Source of the DNA: Epithemia pelagica
Taxonomy: Eukaryota; Protista; Bacillariophyta
Direction: 5' to 3'
Length of the DNA stretch: 64,000 bases
Assembly: GCA_946965045.2 (NCBI GenBank)
Contig: OX337238.1
Span: 124,001-188,000 of the forward strand
Part shown: piece after piece, positions 22,401 to 29,967 of the stretch
How the letters are laid out: each line of letters begins with the position of its first letter
Position numbering within the stretch: the first letter of the stretch is position 1
The notes under the pieces: generated by a model
Database searches by the model: none
Seen by the model: only the letters and a program-made list of their open reading frames with translations
Told to the model about the DNA's origin: nothing
Translations under genes and position numbers: made by a program

Positions 22401-24377
22401 TTTCCTTGACGTGGTGACAAGGAATGGTACATTGTTCACGTGCATGACGTCAATGGTCAATGTGACATCCTTGTGCTTCTCAGCAATACGAGGTGGTACT
22501 GTCGTGGACGTGTCGACAAATGGGGACTTACGTCTCGTTGTCTTGCCTTTGAGCGTTCCCAAATCTGGTCCGTAGATCTTCTCGGCCCTGTATACATCGT
22601 CAGTAGTGATGTTAGCGTTTGGTAGTAGGTTGTGCCTTAGGATATGAAGATAATCCTTGGTAGAAGGCCGTCCTATCTTCGCTAGGAGTGATCTGGCCAG
22701 CTTGGCTCTACGAATTTCTTCCGGGGAGTAGGAATCTTCGTTTTCGCTAACAGTTGTTACGAAGCTACTCTGTAACGTCGATGTATCCAGGTAGAATAAA
22801 CCTTCTGGGCTTGGATTGAACTTGTGTTTTAGCCTACCAGTGGCTCGGTCATGTAAGGCAAATGAATTTCCACGGTCGCTGTCATATTTGATGTGAAATC
22901 TTGTGTGTGCGTTGTTTAGGGAGATGATGTTGGCTGGACCCTCAGGATCATGCCATACGATGCCATATCCAGGCAGGAGTCCTCGCAACTGAAGAGTCCT
23001 CTGTCCGGCATGACTCTGAATGACGATGGGAGTCTCAGACGAGTGAATATTTTTTAATAAGGATGGATCTTTGATGATGTCAACGGTGGACTGATTGTCC
23101 AGTAACAGCCATTGAGGGGGAATGCTAGCCTGCATGGTAGAGGAAGAGAAAACATAATCAGGTGAGTCGCAGTTGACGGTTGAGCCCCTGTTTGATGAGG
23201 TTAGCACACCTCGATTGGATTCATTGTTACCCTCGGCTTGTGAGTTGGTTCGATTTGAGCGACTCTGTGTTGTCGATGCTTGGGAGCCACTTGCATGTGC
23301 TCCTGTTGCAGTTGTTGCATTGGAGTGGCCTGTCATGGTGGAATCGGGCAAACTCGTCTCTCCACTTGTTACATACGCCACACCGGTGGCGTTGTCGGGC
23401 TGACCGTTGCTCTGACCAGGATTGTTCTTTGGTTTTCCTGTCATTCGATTGTCCAGGATCGCACGAGCATTGGCAAGCGTCTTGGGGTATACATTCTGTC
23501 CATCCAAGAACATATTTTGCAAATGTGCTTCGTACTCCTTGTTGCCACAAGATCGGATGAATCGAATGGCAATACAACGATTTTGGGCGTCCTCGTGGTC
23601 GTCGGAAGAAGGTGTTGTGTGTTTCTTTTCCTGCGCCACTCGTTCCAACATGTCCTTATCGTACAGGACAATCCCTGCTTCATTCATGACCTTGACTTTG
23701 GCTCGGAATACCTCGTAATATGAATGGAGGCTTTGATTATTTCGTCGCCTCAGACTATAGAAATCCTCCTTGAGCTTATCTCGGGCGACAAGAGTGAATA
23801 TGCGTCCGGAATCAAAGGTGAATGTGATTTGCTTGATGAGTTTCAAGAGATCCACACCGTCACGCATCTTCTTGATCTCTCCAAAGGTCTCGTGGGCCTG
23901 TAGCTTATCCTTGAGTAGCGGAGTACACTGTCCCATAATCAAGCTGTATAGAGCTGCCCGAAAGTTTTTGTAGAGGACCATTTGATCTTGGCGTGCTTTG
24001 TACGCCATCTTCCACTCTTCCACTTGGATCATATCTGTGGGGTCTTTTGGTTTTGTTGCTTCTTCTGGGTCGGGTAGTTCCAATGCTTCGAGTGCTTGTT
24101 GGAACTCTTGATTGTGTCGATCAAAATTACTACCGACGTAGCCGATCAATAACTCGACGTTTCGTAGATAGCGCTTCGATTGCGGGTCCTCACTGTAGTC
24201 GAATATGCATTCTTTAAGCGACGGTTCTTGGCCTTGAAATCTAGGCGAGTTGGATTGTTGAGCCTGATTCTGCCATCCTCGTCCTCTTCCTCGTCCGCCT
24301 CTGCCTTGACGTTGTCCACTCGACCGGGAGCTAGACTCAACCGTGTCTGGACGATTTGCGTTGTCTTGTTGAGACAT
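19257..24377 (-). CDS. gag-pol: Gag-Pol polyprotein, 1706 aa, Copia order
   Basis: Protease WLLLDNQST; integrase TIDVMH, LADGAF, VERYIRTVKE; RT KGRGCADG and WHIDDLK; RNase H WVDASYA, STECE, QDNQS, ADFFTKPL. Confidence 0.97.
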   Translation of the reverse strand: MSQQDNANRPDTVESSSRSSGQRQGRGGRGRGRGWQNQAQQSNSPRFQGQEPSLKECIFDYSEDPQSKRYLRNVELLIGYVGSNFDRHNQEFQQALEALELPDPEEATKPKDPTDMIQVEEWKMAYKARQDQMVLYKNFRAALYSLIMGQCTPLLKDKLQAHETFGEIKKMRDGVDLLKLIKQITFTFDSGRIFTLVARDKLKEDFYSLRRRNNQSLHSYYEVFRAKVKVMNEAGIVLYDKDMLERVAQEKKHTTPSSDDHEDAQNRCIAIRFIRSCGNKEYEAHLQNMFLDGQNVYPKTLANARAILDNRMTGKPKNNPGQSNGQPDNATGVAYVTSGETSLPDSTMTGHSNATTATGAHASGSQASTTQSRSNRTNSQAEGNNESNRGVLTSSNRGSTVNCDSPDYVFSSSTMQASIPPQWLLLDNQSTVDIIKDPSLLKNIHSSETPIVIQSHAGQRTLQLRGLLPGYGIVWHDPEGPANIISLNNAHTRFHIKYDSDRGNSFALHDRATGRLKHKFNPSPEGLFYLDTSTLQSSFVTTVSENEDSYSPEEIRRAKLARSLLAKIGRPSTKDYLHILRHNLLPNANITTDDVYRAEKIYGPDLGTLKGKTTRRKSPFVDTSTTVPPRIAEKHKDVTLTIDVMHVNNVPFLVTTSRKIHFGTIDAIQSTTDTNIVQSLKKTVAVYRRGGIRPRIVLADGAFTSDDMQASLQLLGITINSTARDEHVGDVERYIRTVKERMRCVYNTLPFDALPKVMLIELAKFATFWLNCFPHHTGISKTQSPRLLVTGEHVDFNKHCRYEFGQYVQCHEQHDNTMAPRTIGAIALRPTGNRQGSYYFLSLTSGRVITRNHATALPMPAEVIQRVHQLAQSQEMQPGLAFGNRDNRILFLDENNELFDDDDESYEDVQDMDEDLRYDDDLVEDELAEDDVPDVENVINEPEPNQPLDNLNLEPLEIQGVGAEANLPDPVDNEQYHDAHEQDSNDSTYDDALEDVVMDMDADEEDEGRELAGGVEEENEEEASLTEEDLGMDVDPEQENNNQPENEPRYNLRPNRQRSYAHRYGHSYAAVDKLQHGRYDGYLRDGILYLVSTEINMATPQMPMKKGIKLFGDKGVAAVKVEIQQLHDRGVLRAVHKTDLTWNQVQEALGYLMFLKRKRCGKIKGRGCADGRKQRAYIDKPESASPTVATESVFITAVIDALERRVVAVADIPGAFMHSDMDPDVYMRLDGLMAELLLEVDYDTYAPFLTYEKGQPVIYVEMLKALYGTLRAARLFWEKLTAVLKSWGFVINPYDSCVANKQVNDRQLTVTWHIDDLKVSHVDGKVVHQFLDDLRAEFGQLGEISVSEGTRHDYLGMFLDYGEDGVVQVDMRSYLETILLDLPKEWIGRARSPAAKHLYHVNPKAHKLDETKSDRFHSVTMQLAYMAQRGRPDIRTAVTFLSTRVMAPDDDDYRKLGRVLKYLQSTRDLILRLEGDPMMHLWWWVDASYATHPDLKGHTGGFMTMGKGAVVTASSKQKLVARSSTECELIGIHDVLPSIIWTKNFIQAQGHEIKDVTLHQDNQSSILLAKNGRLSSSKRTKHINLRYFYITDCIKRKEMDIAFCPTEEMVADFFTKPLQGRIFYQLRDIIMNVPSDSKYHSSAQRSVLRIAEQPVNIEDQGATGATGHSQDIGHSQDAESWTLVCRRGKSNERTNKRANAHSMENT

Positions 24378-24382
24378 CTCGT

Positions 24383-25075
24383 TTAAACAATCGCAATGCT
24401 GTCACGATGGCGGCGGTGTTCTTCTGTATCTTTGGTGATGGGATTCCAAATCTTGATAAAGTGATATAATGTGCCGTGGCGCGACACTGTGCCTTGGAGA
24501 TGTGTTCGTCCCACTGTTTCCTTCAACTTGAGAGTATTCAATACCCAAACGCGAGTTCCAATTGGAATCCACCGTGGGAGTACGCCTCTTTGTGGTGGAA
24601 TATCGGGGATGATTGTTTCTGTTTCGATTTCACCGTCCGGTGTTTCTGGGCTCAGATCAACGAGAGCGACTGGAGATGCGCGACGATCTTGATTCTCTTC
24701 CGAATTGTTTTCTAGGTTCGGGTTTTCTTGGTTCGGTTCCACTAGATACGCGCTGTGCTCTGGGTATGTAGCCGCGCAGGATGATGGGCCTCGCTCAGCC
24801 CGCTTGATTTTGTCTAGCAACGTGCGTCGCTTTTCCTGTATCTCCTCGAAGATCAGCTGTTTCCGAATCTCCGTTTCCTCGTAATCGTTGTCTCTTTCGA
24901 TTTCTCGTTGTCGCTCCAGTGCAGCGATGGCTTCGCGATGCTGCGCCTCCTTGGTGCGAAAGCGTTGTTGGTAGCGCTGTTCCGCTTCGTGTAAGAGATC
25001 CTCTTGTTCGATAGTGAGTTGGGCCAGTTCCGATAATAAAGATTGTACGCGGTCACTTGTGCCCTCTTCACTCAT
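24383..25075 (-). CDS. Extra ORF1 of Copia element 1 (230 aa): coiled-coil plus small beta-barrel-like C-terminal domain
   Basis: ATG-initiated ORF between the PBS and gag, homologous to ORF1 of element 2 (IGxRVxV..GTVxRH..WNPIT..EE). Confidence 0.8.
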   Translation of the reverse strand: MSEEGTSDRVQSLLSELAQLTIEQEDLLHEAEQRYQQRFRTKEAQHREAIAALERQREIERDNDYEETEIRKQLIFEEIQEKRRTLLDKIKRAERGPSSCAATYPEHSAYLVEPNQENPNLENNSEENQDRRASPVALVDLSPETPDGEIETETIIPDIPPQRGVLPRWIPIGTRVWVLNTLKLKETVGRTHLQGTVSRHGTLYHFIKIWNPITKDTEEHRRHRDSIAIV

Positions 25076-25120
25076 AAGAGTACTTCACGTCAACAACGGA
25101 GGTACTTAGTGTAATGAATT

Positions 25121-25134
25121 TTCAATGGAGAATA
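25121..25134 (-). promoter_or_regulatory. Non-tRNA primer-binding site of element 1 (sense TATTCTCCATTGAA)
   Basis: Abuts the 5' LTR, has no TGG, and is a perfect complement of LTR segment 25196-25209. Confidence 0.85.
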
Positions 25135-25372
25135 TGTTGAAACTTCTAACAAGCCGTGCCGTAAAAGCAACTCTTTATAGGCTTATCGAACTACGTATTC
25201 TCCATTGAATGAGCGTTGGCTCTCTTGTTCGTTCTTTCGTTGCTTTTGCCACGTCTACAAACCAATGTCCATGATTCCGCATCTTGCGAATGGCCTATAT
25301 CTTGCGAATGGCCAGTCGCACCAGTCGCACCTTGGTCCTCTATATTCACCGGTTGCTCTGCTATCCTCAACA
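25135..25372 (-). repeat. 5' LTR of Copia element 1
   Basis: Identical to 19201-19438 and followed by the AGAAC TSD. Confidence 0.97.
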
Positions 25373-26289
25373 AGAACCGTCATCCAGGTCGTTCCGCAAT
25401 GGTCCACACAAGACAAAACGAGAACAAAGACTCCTCAGCTCTAGGTAGTGTCCTGATATTACTATATAGGATGCTGGCGCCAACCAACCAGAAATGAGGT
25501 TTTCTTTGCCATCACGATTGGACCGCAGGGCGACTGTCACCCCGTGCCGCGAGACAACCAGGTTCCATGGGCGTGTCACTACGACTAGAGAGCAATGGGG
25601 AGAACTGAAACTACGACCAGAAACCGGCAAACTGCTGGCAATCCCAAGAGACGTTTGATTGGTGGTATATCCTTTTCCATGCTTCTGCTGCTACTGCTGG
25701 AATCCTGGTTGGTCAGACACAACCAAAAGAATTTGGATTTGAGTAAAGAGAAGAGCACATTCATTTTGTGAGAGACCGTCGTGGCTTGCACCCAAGTCGG
25801 CCCTGCCGGCGCGGGAGTAGGCGACCTCGCGACCGACGAGACCCATTTCGTCTGTCCATCGATGCGACCTTCATCGGAAGAGAGATTCTTCGCGCACGTC
25901 TCGAGTACTTTGGAGCGTTGGGATAATTTTCTACGAACTATATTCTTCGTATCAACATGGTCTGTAGACGCTGTAGGTGTACACGTCTGGAGATGCGACA
26001 TTCTCTGGGATTCTCCCAGCGGGGTTGGTGACACCTTGGACGTGCGTACGTGCGTTGATTTTCTCATTGGAACCCGCTCAGGATTGGACGAGAACTGTGC
26101 CGGAGTGAATGCGAACCCCCAAGTTCTTGGCGCGAACCGAGTTCTCGTTGGATTGGCGTAGTTCGGTTTGGTGTCACGAGGTAGAACGCAAGAGAAGACC
26201 CCAAGGGATCATTCCTTATTCGACACTGTTGAAACCAGTCAACCGATCGTGCTGTACAGGCAACAAAAGGAAACCAATTTACTTCTATT

Positions 26290-29200
26290 TTAAAAAGAAT
26301 GAGCGTTTTGTTGCGTCTCCTCCGGTTTGTAATGACTGCACCTCTTACGTGGTTGCACCACTTGCCATTCGGCTTCCTTTGGGTTCGTCATCCTCTGTAC
26401 TCTCTTGGGAGTCGCGGTTTGGTCCTGTGTTTCCTTGGGCGTGCTATCTTGTCTCAACACACTCCTTCGCGAGGAATGATAGATATCAGTGCTCGGGATA
26501 TTCATGATAAGATCACGGAACTTGTAAAACAAGTTACCTTGAAGCGGTTTCGTATGGAAATCGGCGATCATTTCTTCCGTGGGACAATGTTCAATTGTCA
26601 GTTCCTTGTTATCGACTCGATCTTTAATGAAGAAATATCGAATGTCGATATGTTTGGTACGTTTGCTGCTGGAGGCTCGTCCGTTTTTCTCCAACAACAT
26701 TGCACTCATGTTATCTTGGAATAATTTCATCTCCTTGACTTGATAACCTTGTGCGATCAGGAATTGCCGACACCAAAGCATATTTGGCATGGCATCATGG
26801 ACACCGATGAGCTCGCTCTCGGTGGAACTACGAGCTACCAACTTCTGTTTTGATGAGATGCTCATCGCGGCTCCTTTTCCCATCATCATTACGCCCCCGG
26901 TATGCCCGCGCATGTTAGGATGGACGGCATAGGATGCGTCCACCCACCATCGAAGAATTCCGGTCCCATCACAATTTAACCGAAGAAGCAAGTCGGGTGT
27001 TGTTTGGAGGTATTTCATCACACGCGACAACTTACGCCAATCATCCTTGGTTGGTTCTTTCACTCGGGTACTGAGGAAAGCTACGGCCGCTCGGATGTCA
27101 GGTCGTCCACGTTGGGCAATATACATCAGCCTCATGGTGAAACTGTGAAACTGGTCTGCCTGGTCGCTATCCAACTGCTCGGCTCCATCTTGCAGATGGA
27201 AAAGATGAGAGGCTGCTGGGGTTTGTGCCACCCCTTTGAACTCCTTTGGTACATCATCGATGATACTCTGTATGGCGGTCCTCATGTCAACAATCAACTG
27301 CCCTGGCTCGCTATAATCAAGGTACATGCCCAAATAGTCATGGCGTTTCCCTCTTGAGATCGAAAGCTCACCTTGTTGACCGAATGTGGCTTGTATTTGT
27401 TCTATGATACTGCTGACCACGCTTTCTTCCTTGTGTGATATTTTGAGGTCGTCAATGTGCCATGTGATGGTGCATTGCGACCCATCGATTGTTTTGTTAG
27501 CCACACAACTGTCATATGGGTTCACAATGAAACCCCACTCCTTGATGACGGCAGTTAACTTCTCCCAAAACAGTCTTGCCGCTCGCAAGGTGCCGTACAG
27601 GGCACGAAGCAATTCAACGTAGATGACGGGCTCGCCTTTCTCGACCACAACGAATGGTCTGTACATTTTCTCATCAATTTCAAGCAACAATTCAACCATG
27701 AGCCCGGTGATTCTCATGTGCACCCCAGGGTCCATCATGGCCTGCATAAAGGCCCCTGGAATATCCACTACTGCCACGGCCCTTCGTTCCATTGCATCAA
27801 TGATTGCACTTAGGAAGACGGCCTCTGTTGCGACTGTGGGAGAAGATGCATCTTCTTTGTTTATGTATTCGCGTTGTTTACGGCCATCTGCGCAGCCCCG
27901 TCCTTTAATTTTCCCGGTTCTCTTTCTCTTCAAGAACATCAAGTATCCAAGCGCTTGTCGGATTTGTTGTTTGGTCAATGAGCTTTTCATAATGGCTCGC
28001 ATTACTTCCCGGTCATGCAACTGCAGGACTTCCTTTTTCACTGCGGCCACGCCTGCATCACCAAACAATCGCACTCCTTGTTTCATTCCCATTTGGGGTG
28101 TCGACACGTCTTGCGCCACTTCGGCAGTAACATAAATGTCATTGTTGTATCGATGGGCATAGTTCCGTTCTCGATTCGTCCGTAGATTATATCTAGGGTG
28201 AATGGGTGCTGCCACAGCATCACCGCCGCCGCCAACAATTCCACCGCCAACACCATGGATGTTGGGTTGTTGCATGGGTGGTTGCTCGGGTTGTGGGCCC
28301 ACTCCTTGATTTGGCACGGGTGCCACTCCTTGATTTGCCTCCACTCCTTGATTTGCCTCGATTAGTTCTTGATCTGCAACAGCCTGCTCCACATAGTCAG
28401 CATGTAGTTGTTCCTCATGAGCATCAATGTCGACTCCTTCCTGTACTCCATCATCGTTTCCTCCTCCTTCTACGACTCCATCCACTGGACCATTAAGATC
28501 CAAACCAAGGCCCACGTTATCTCCATCCTCGGGGCCATCCTCGGGACCATCCAACTCCTGATCCTCTCCTATCGCTTGATCATTAAGATCGTAATCGTTC
28601 TCATTTCCCACTTCTTCCATGACCAACTCCTCCACCGGGTCCTCGTTCACCGTCGCCAACTCATTATCGACGATATCCTCATCATACCTCAATACATCAT
28701 CCTCGTCGTCCACATCATACTCATAATCTTCATCATTTCCTTCGTCAAAATCATCGTATTCCAAAGCCAAGATGCGGTTGTCCCTATCCCCAAAAGCAAG
28801 ATTCGGATATGCCTCCTGGGCAACAGCCAATTGGTACACTCGCTGGAGGGCAATATCAGGCATAGGAACAATCGTGGCATGGTTCCGATTGATGACACGA
28901 CCGGATAACAAGTTCAAGAAATAATGGCCACCCTGTTGGTTGCCAGTTGGGCGAAGGGCCAGTGCTCCTTGGGTTCTTGGCTCCATGGAATTGTCGTGTG
29001 GCTCATGGGTCTGGACGTATTGTCCAAACTCATACTTGCAGTGACGGTTATAATCCAGTTGTTGGCCGGTGACGAGGGTCTTTGGGCTCTGCTCGTCCGA
29101 TATTCCATTGGCAGCTGGGAAGGCATTCAGCCAATAGACGGCGGCTTTTGCCATTTCAATCACCAACACTTTTGGCATGTGTTTGAATGGGAGTGTATTA

Positions 29201-29967
29201 TACATACACCTCATTCTTTCCTTTATGGTACGAATGTACCGTTCGATGTCGCCGACATGTTCATCTCGGGATGTCGGGTTCAAGCTCATGCCAATCCCAT
29301 GGAGAAATTCATTCATGGGTTCATTATCAAATGCCCCGTCGGCGAGAAGAATTCGAGGGCGCAAGTTGCCACGACGATAGATCGATACTACTTGTTTGAT
29401 TGCCGTGAAAAGTGTTGGTCCATTGAGTGCCTTCAATGCGGTAATCGTCCCGAACTTGATGAAGCGAGAGATCGTCGCTAGGAATGGGATCCCGTTGACA
29501 TGAAGTACGTCCATGCAAAGGACAACATCGTGATATTTCTTTGGTATTGGGACATCGATCATGAGAGAGGCGTCAACTTGCATGGGACGCTTTCGAACCG
29601 TCTTGCCTTTCAAGGTACCTATGTCGGGCCCCAGCATCTTTGCGGCTAATTTGACATCCTTGCTAGTGAAAGGACAATTGGGTAGCAACCGCTTGTCCAG
29701 GATTGAGCTGAATTCTCTGTCACTTGGTCGACCTATTTTAATCTGCAATGATCTAACTCCTTGTGCTCTAGCGACGTCATTTGCTGTGTACTTAGCTTTA
29801 TTTGTAGCTATCGTAGTGACCAGTCCAAATTCAGTTGCGGCAGATCGGGAGGACCAATCAGAGTAATAGAGACCTTGGGGACTTGCGCGGAATATGTCAA
29901 TGAGTGCGCCTGTGCGGGATCGAACATGAAATGAGTGCGCCTGTGCGGGATCGAACATGAAATTCAT
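26290..29967 (-). CDS. pol: Pol part (IN-RT-RNase H) of element 2
   Basis: LCMDVLH, LADGAF, IERYIRTIKE, KGRGCADG, WHIDDLK, WVDASYA and ADFHTKPL motifs. Out of frame with gag because of the 29900-29961 duplication. Confidence 0.93.
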   Translation of the reverse strand: MNFMFDPAQAHSFHVRSRTGALIDIFRASPQGLYYSDWSSRSAATEFGLVTTIATNKAKYTANDVARAQGVRSLQIKIGRPSDREFSSILDKRLLPNCPFTSKDVKLAAKMLGPDIGTLKGKTVRKRPMQVDASLMIDVPIPKKYHDVVLCMDVLHVNGIPFLATISRFIKFGTITALKALNGPTLFTAIKQVVSIYRRGNLRPRILLADGAFDNEPMNEFLHGIGMSLNPTSRDEHVGDIERYIRTIKERMRCMYNTLPFKHMPKVLVIEMAKAAVYWLNAFPAANGISDEQSPKTLVTGQQLDYNRHCKYEFGQYVQTHEPHDNSMEPRTQGALALRPTGNQQGGHYFLNLLSGRVINRNHATIVPMPDIALQRVYQLAVAQEAYPNLAFGDRDNRILALEYDDFDEGNDEDYEYDVDDEDDVLRYDEDIVDNELATVNEDPVEELVMEEVGNENDYDLNDQAIGEDQELDGPEDGPEDGDNVGLGLDLNGPVDGVVEGGGNDDGVQEGVDIDAHEEQLHADYVEQAVADQELIEANQGVEANQGVAPVPNQGVGPQPEQPPMQQPNIHGVGGGIVGGGGDAVAAPIHPRYNLRTNRERNYAHRYNNDIYVTAEVAQDVSTPQMGMKQGVRLFGDAGVAAVKKEVLQLHDREVMRAIMKSSLTKQQIRQALGYLMFLKRKRTGKIKGRGCADGRKQREYINKEDASSPTVATEAVFLSAIIDAMERRAVAVVDIPGAFMQAMMDPGVHMRITGLMVELLLEIDEKMYRPFVVVEKGEPVIYVELLRALYGTLRAARLFWEKLTAVIKEWGFIVNPYDSCVANKTIDGSQCTITWHIDDLKISHKEESVVSSIIEQIQATFGQQGELSISRGKRHDYLGMYLDYSEPGQLIVDMRTAIQSIIDDVPKEFKGVAQTPAASHLFHLQDGAEQLDSDQADQFHSFTMRLMYIAQRGRPDIRAAVAFLSTRVKEPTKDDWRKLSRVMKYLQTTPDLLLRLNCDGTGILRWWVDASYAVHPNMRGHTGGVMMMGKGAAMSISSKQKLVARSSTESELIGVHDAMPNMLWCRQFLIAQGYQVKEMKLFQDNMSAMLLEKNGRASSSKRTKHIDIRYFFIKDRVDNKELTIEHCPTEEMIADFHTKPLQGNLFYKFRDLIMNIPSTDIYHSSRRSVLRQDSTPKETQDQTATPKRVQRMTNPKEAEWQVVQPRKRCSHYKPEETQQNAHSF

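Larger units (their letters stand above)
19201..25372 (-). mobile_element. Full-length Ty1/copia (CoDi-like) LTR retrotransposon 1, apparently intact
   Basis: Identical 238-bp TG..CA LTRs (19201-19438 and 25135-25372). AGAAC TSD at 19196-19200 and 25373-25377. PPT-like AAAGGAGTG next to the 3' LTR. Domain order PR-IN-RT-RH. Confidence 0.98.

Noticed and set aside
25100-25134. Canonical tRNA-iMet PBS (TGGTATCAGAG)
   Set aside because: Not present next to either 5' LTR. A tRNA-half primer cannot be fully excluded without the host tRNA set.
25191-25373. Small ORFs in the 5' LTRs (also 32137-32346)
   Set aside because: They are duplicates of the Pol C-terminal tail encoded in U3, lying upstream of the predicted TSS.
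29897-29967. Programmed ribosomal frameshift between gag and pol in element 2
   Set aside because: The frame change is fully explained by an exact 31-bp duplication, and element 1 is a single ORF.
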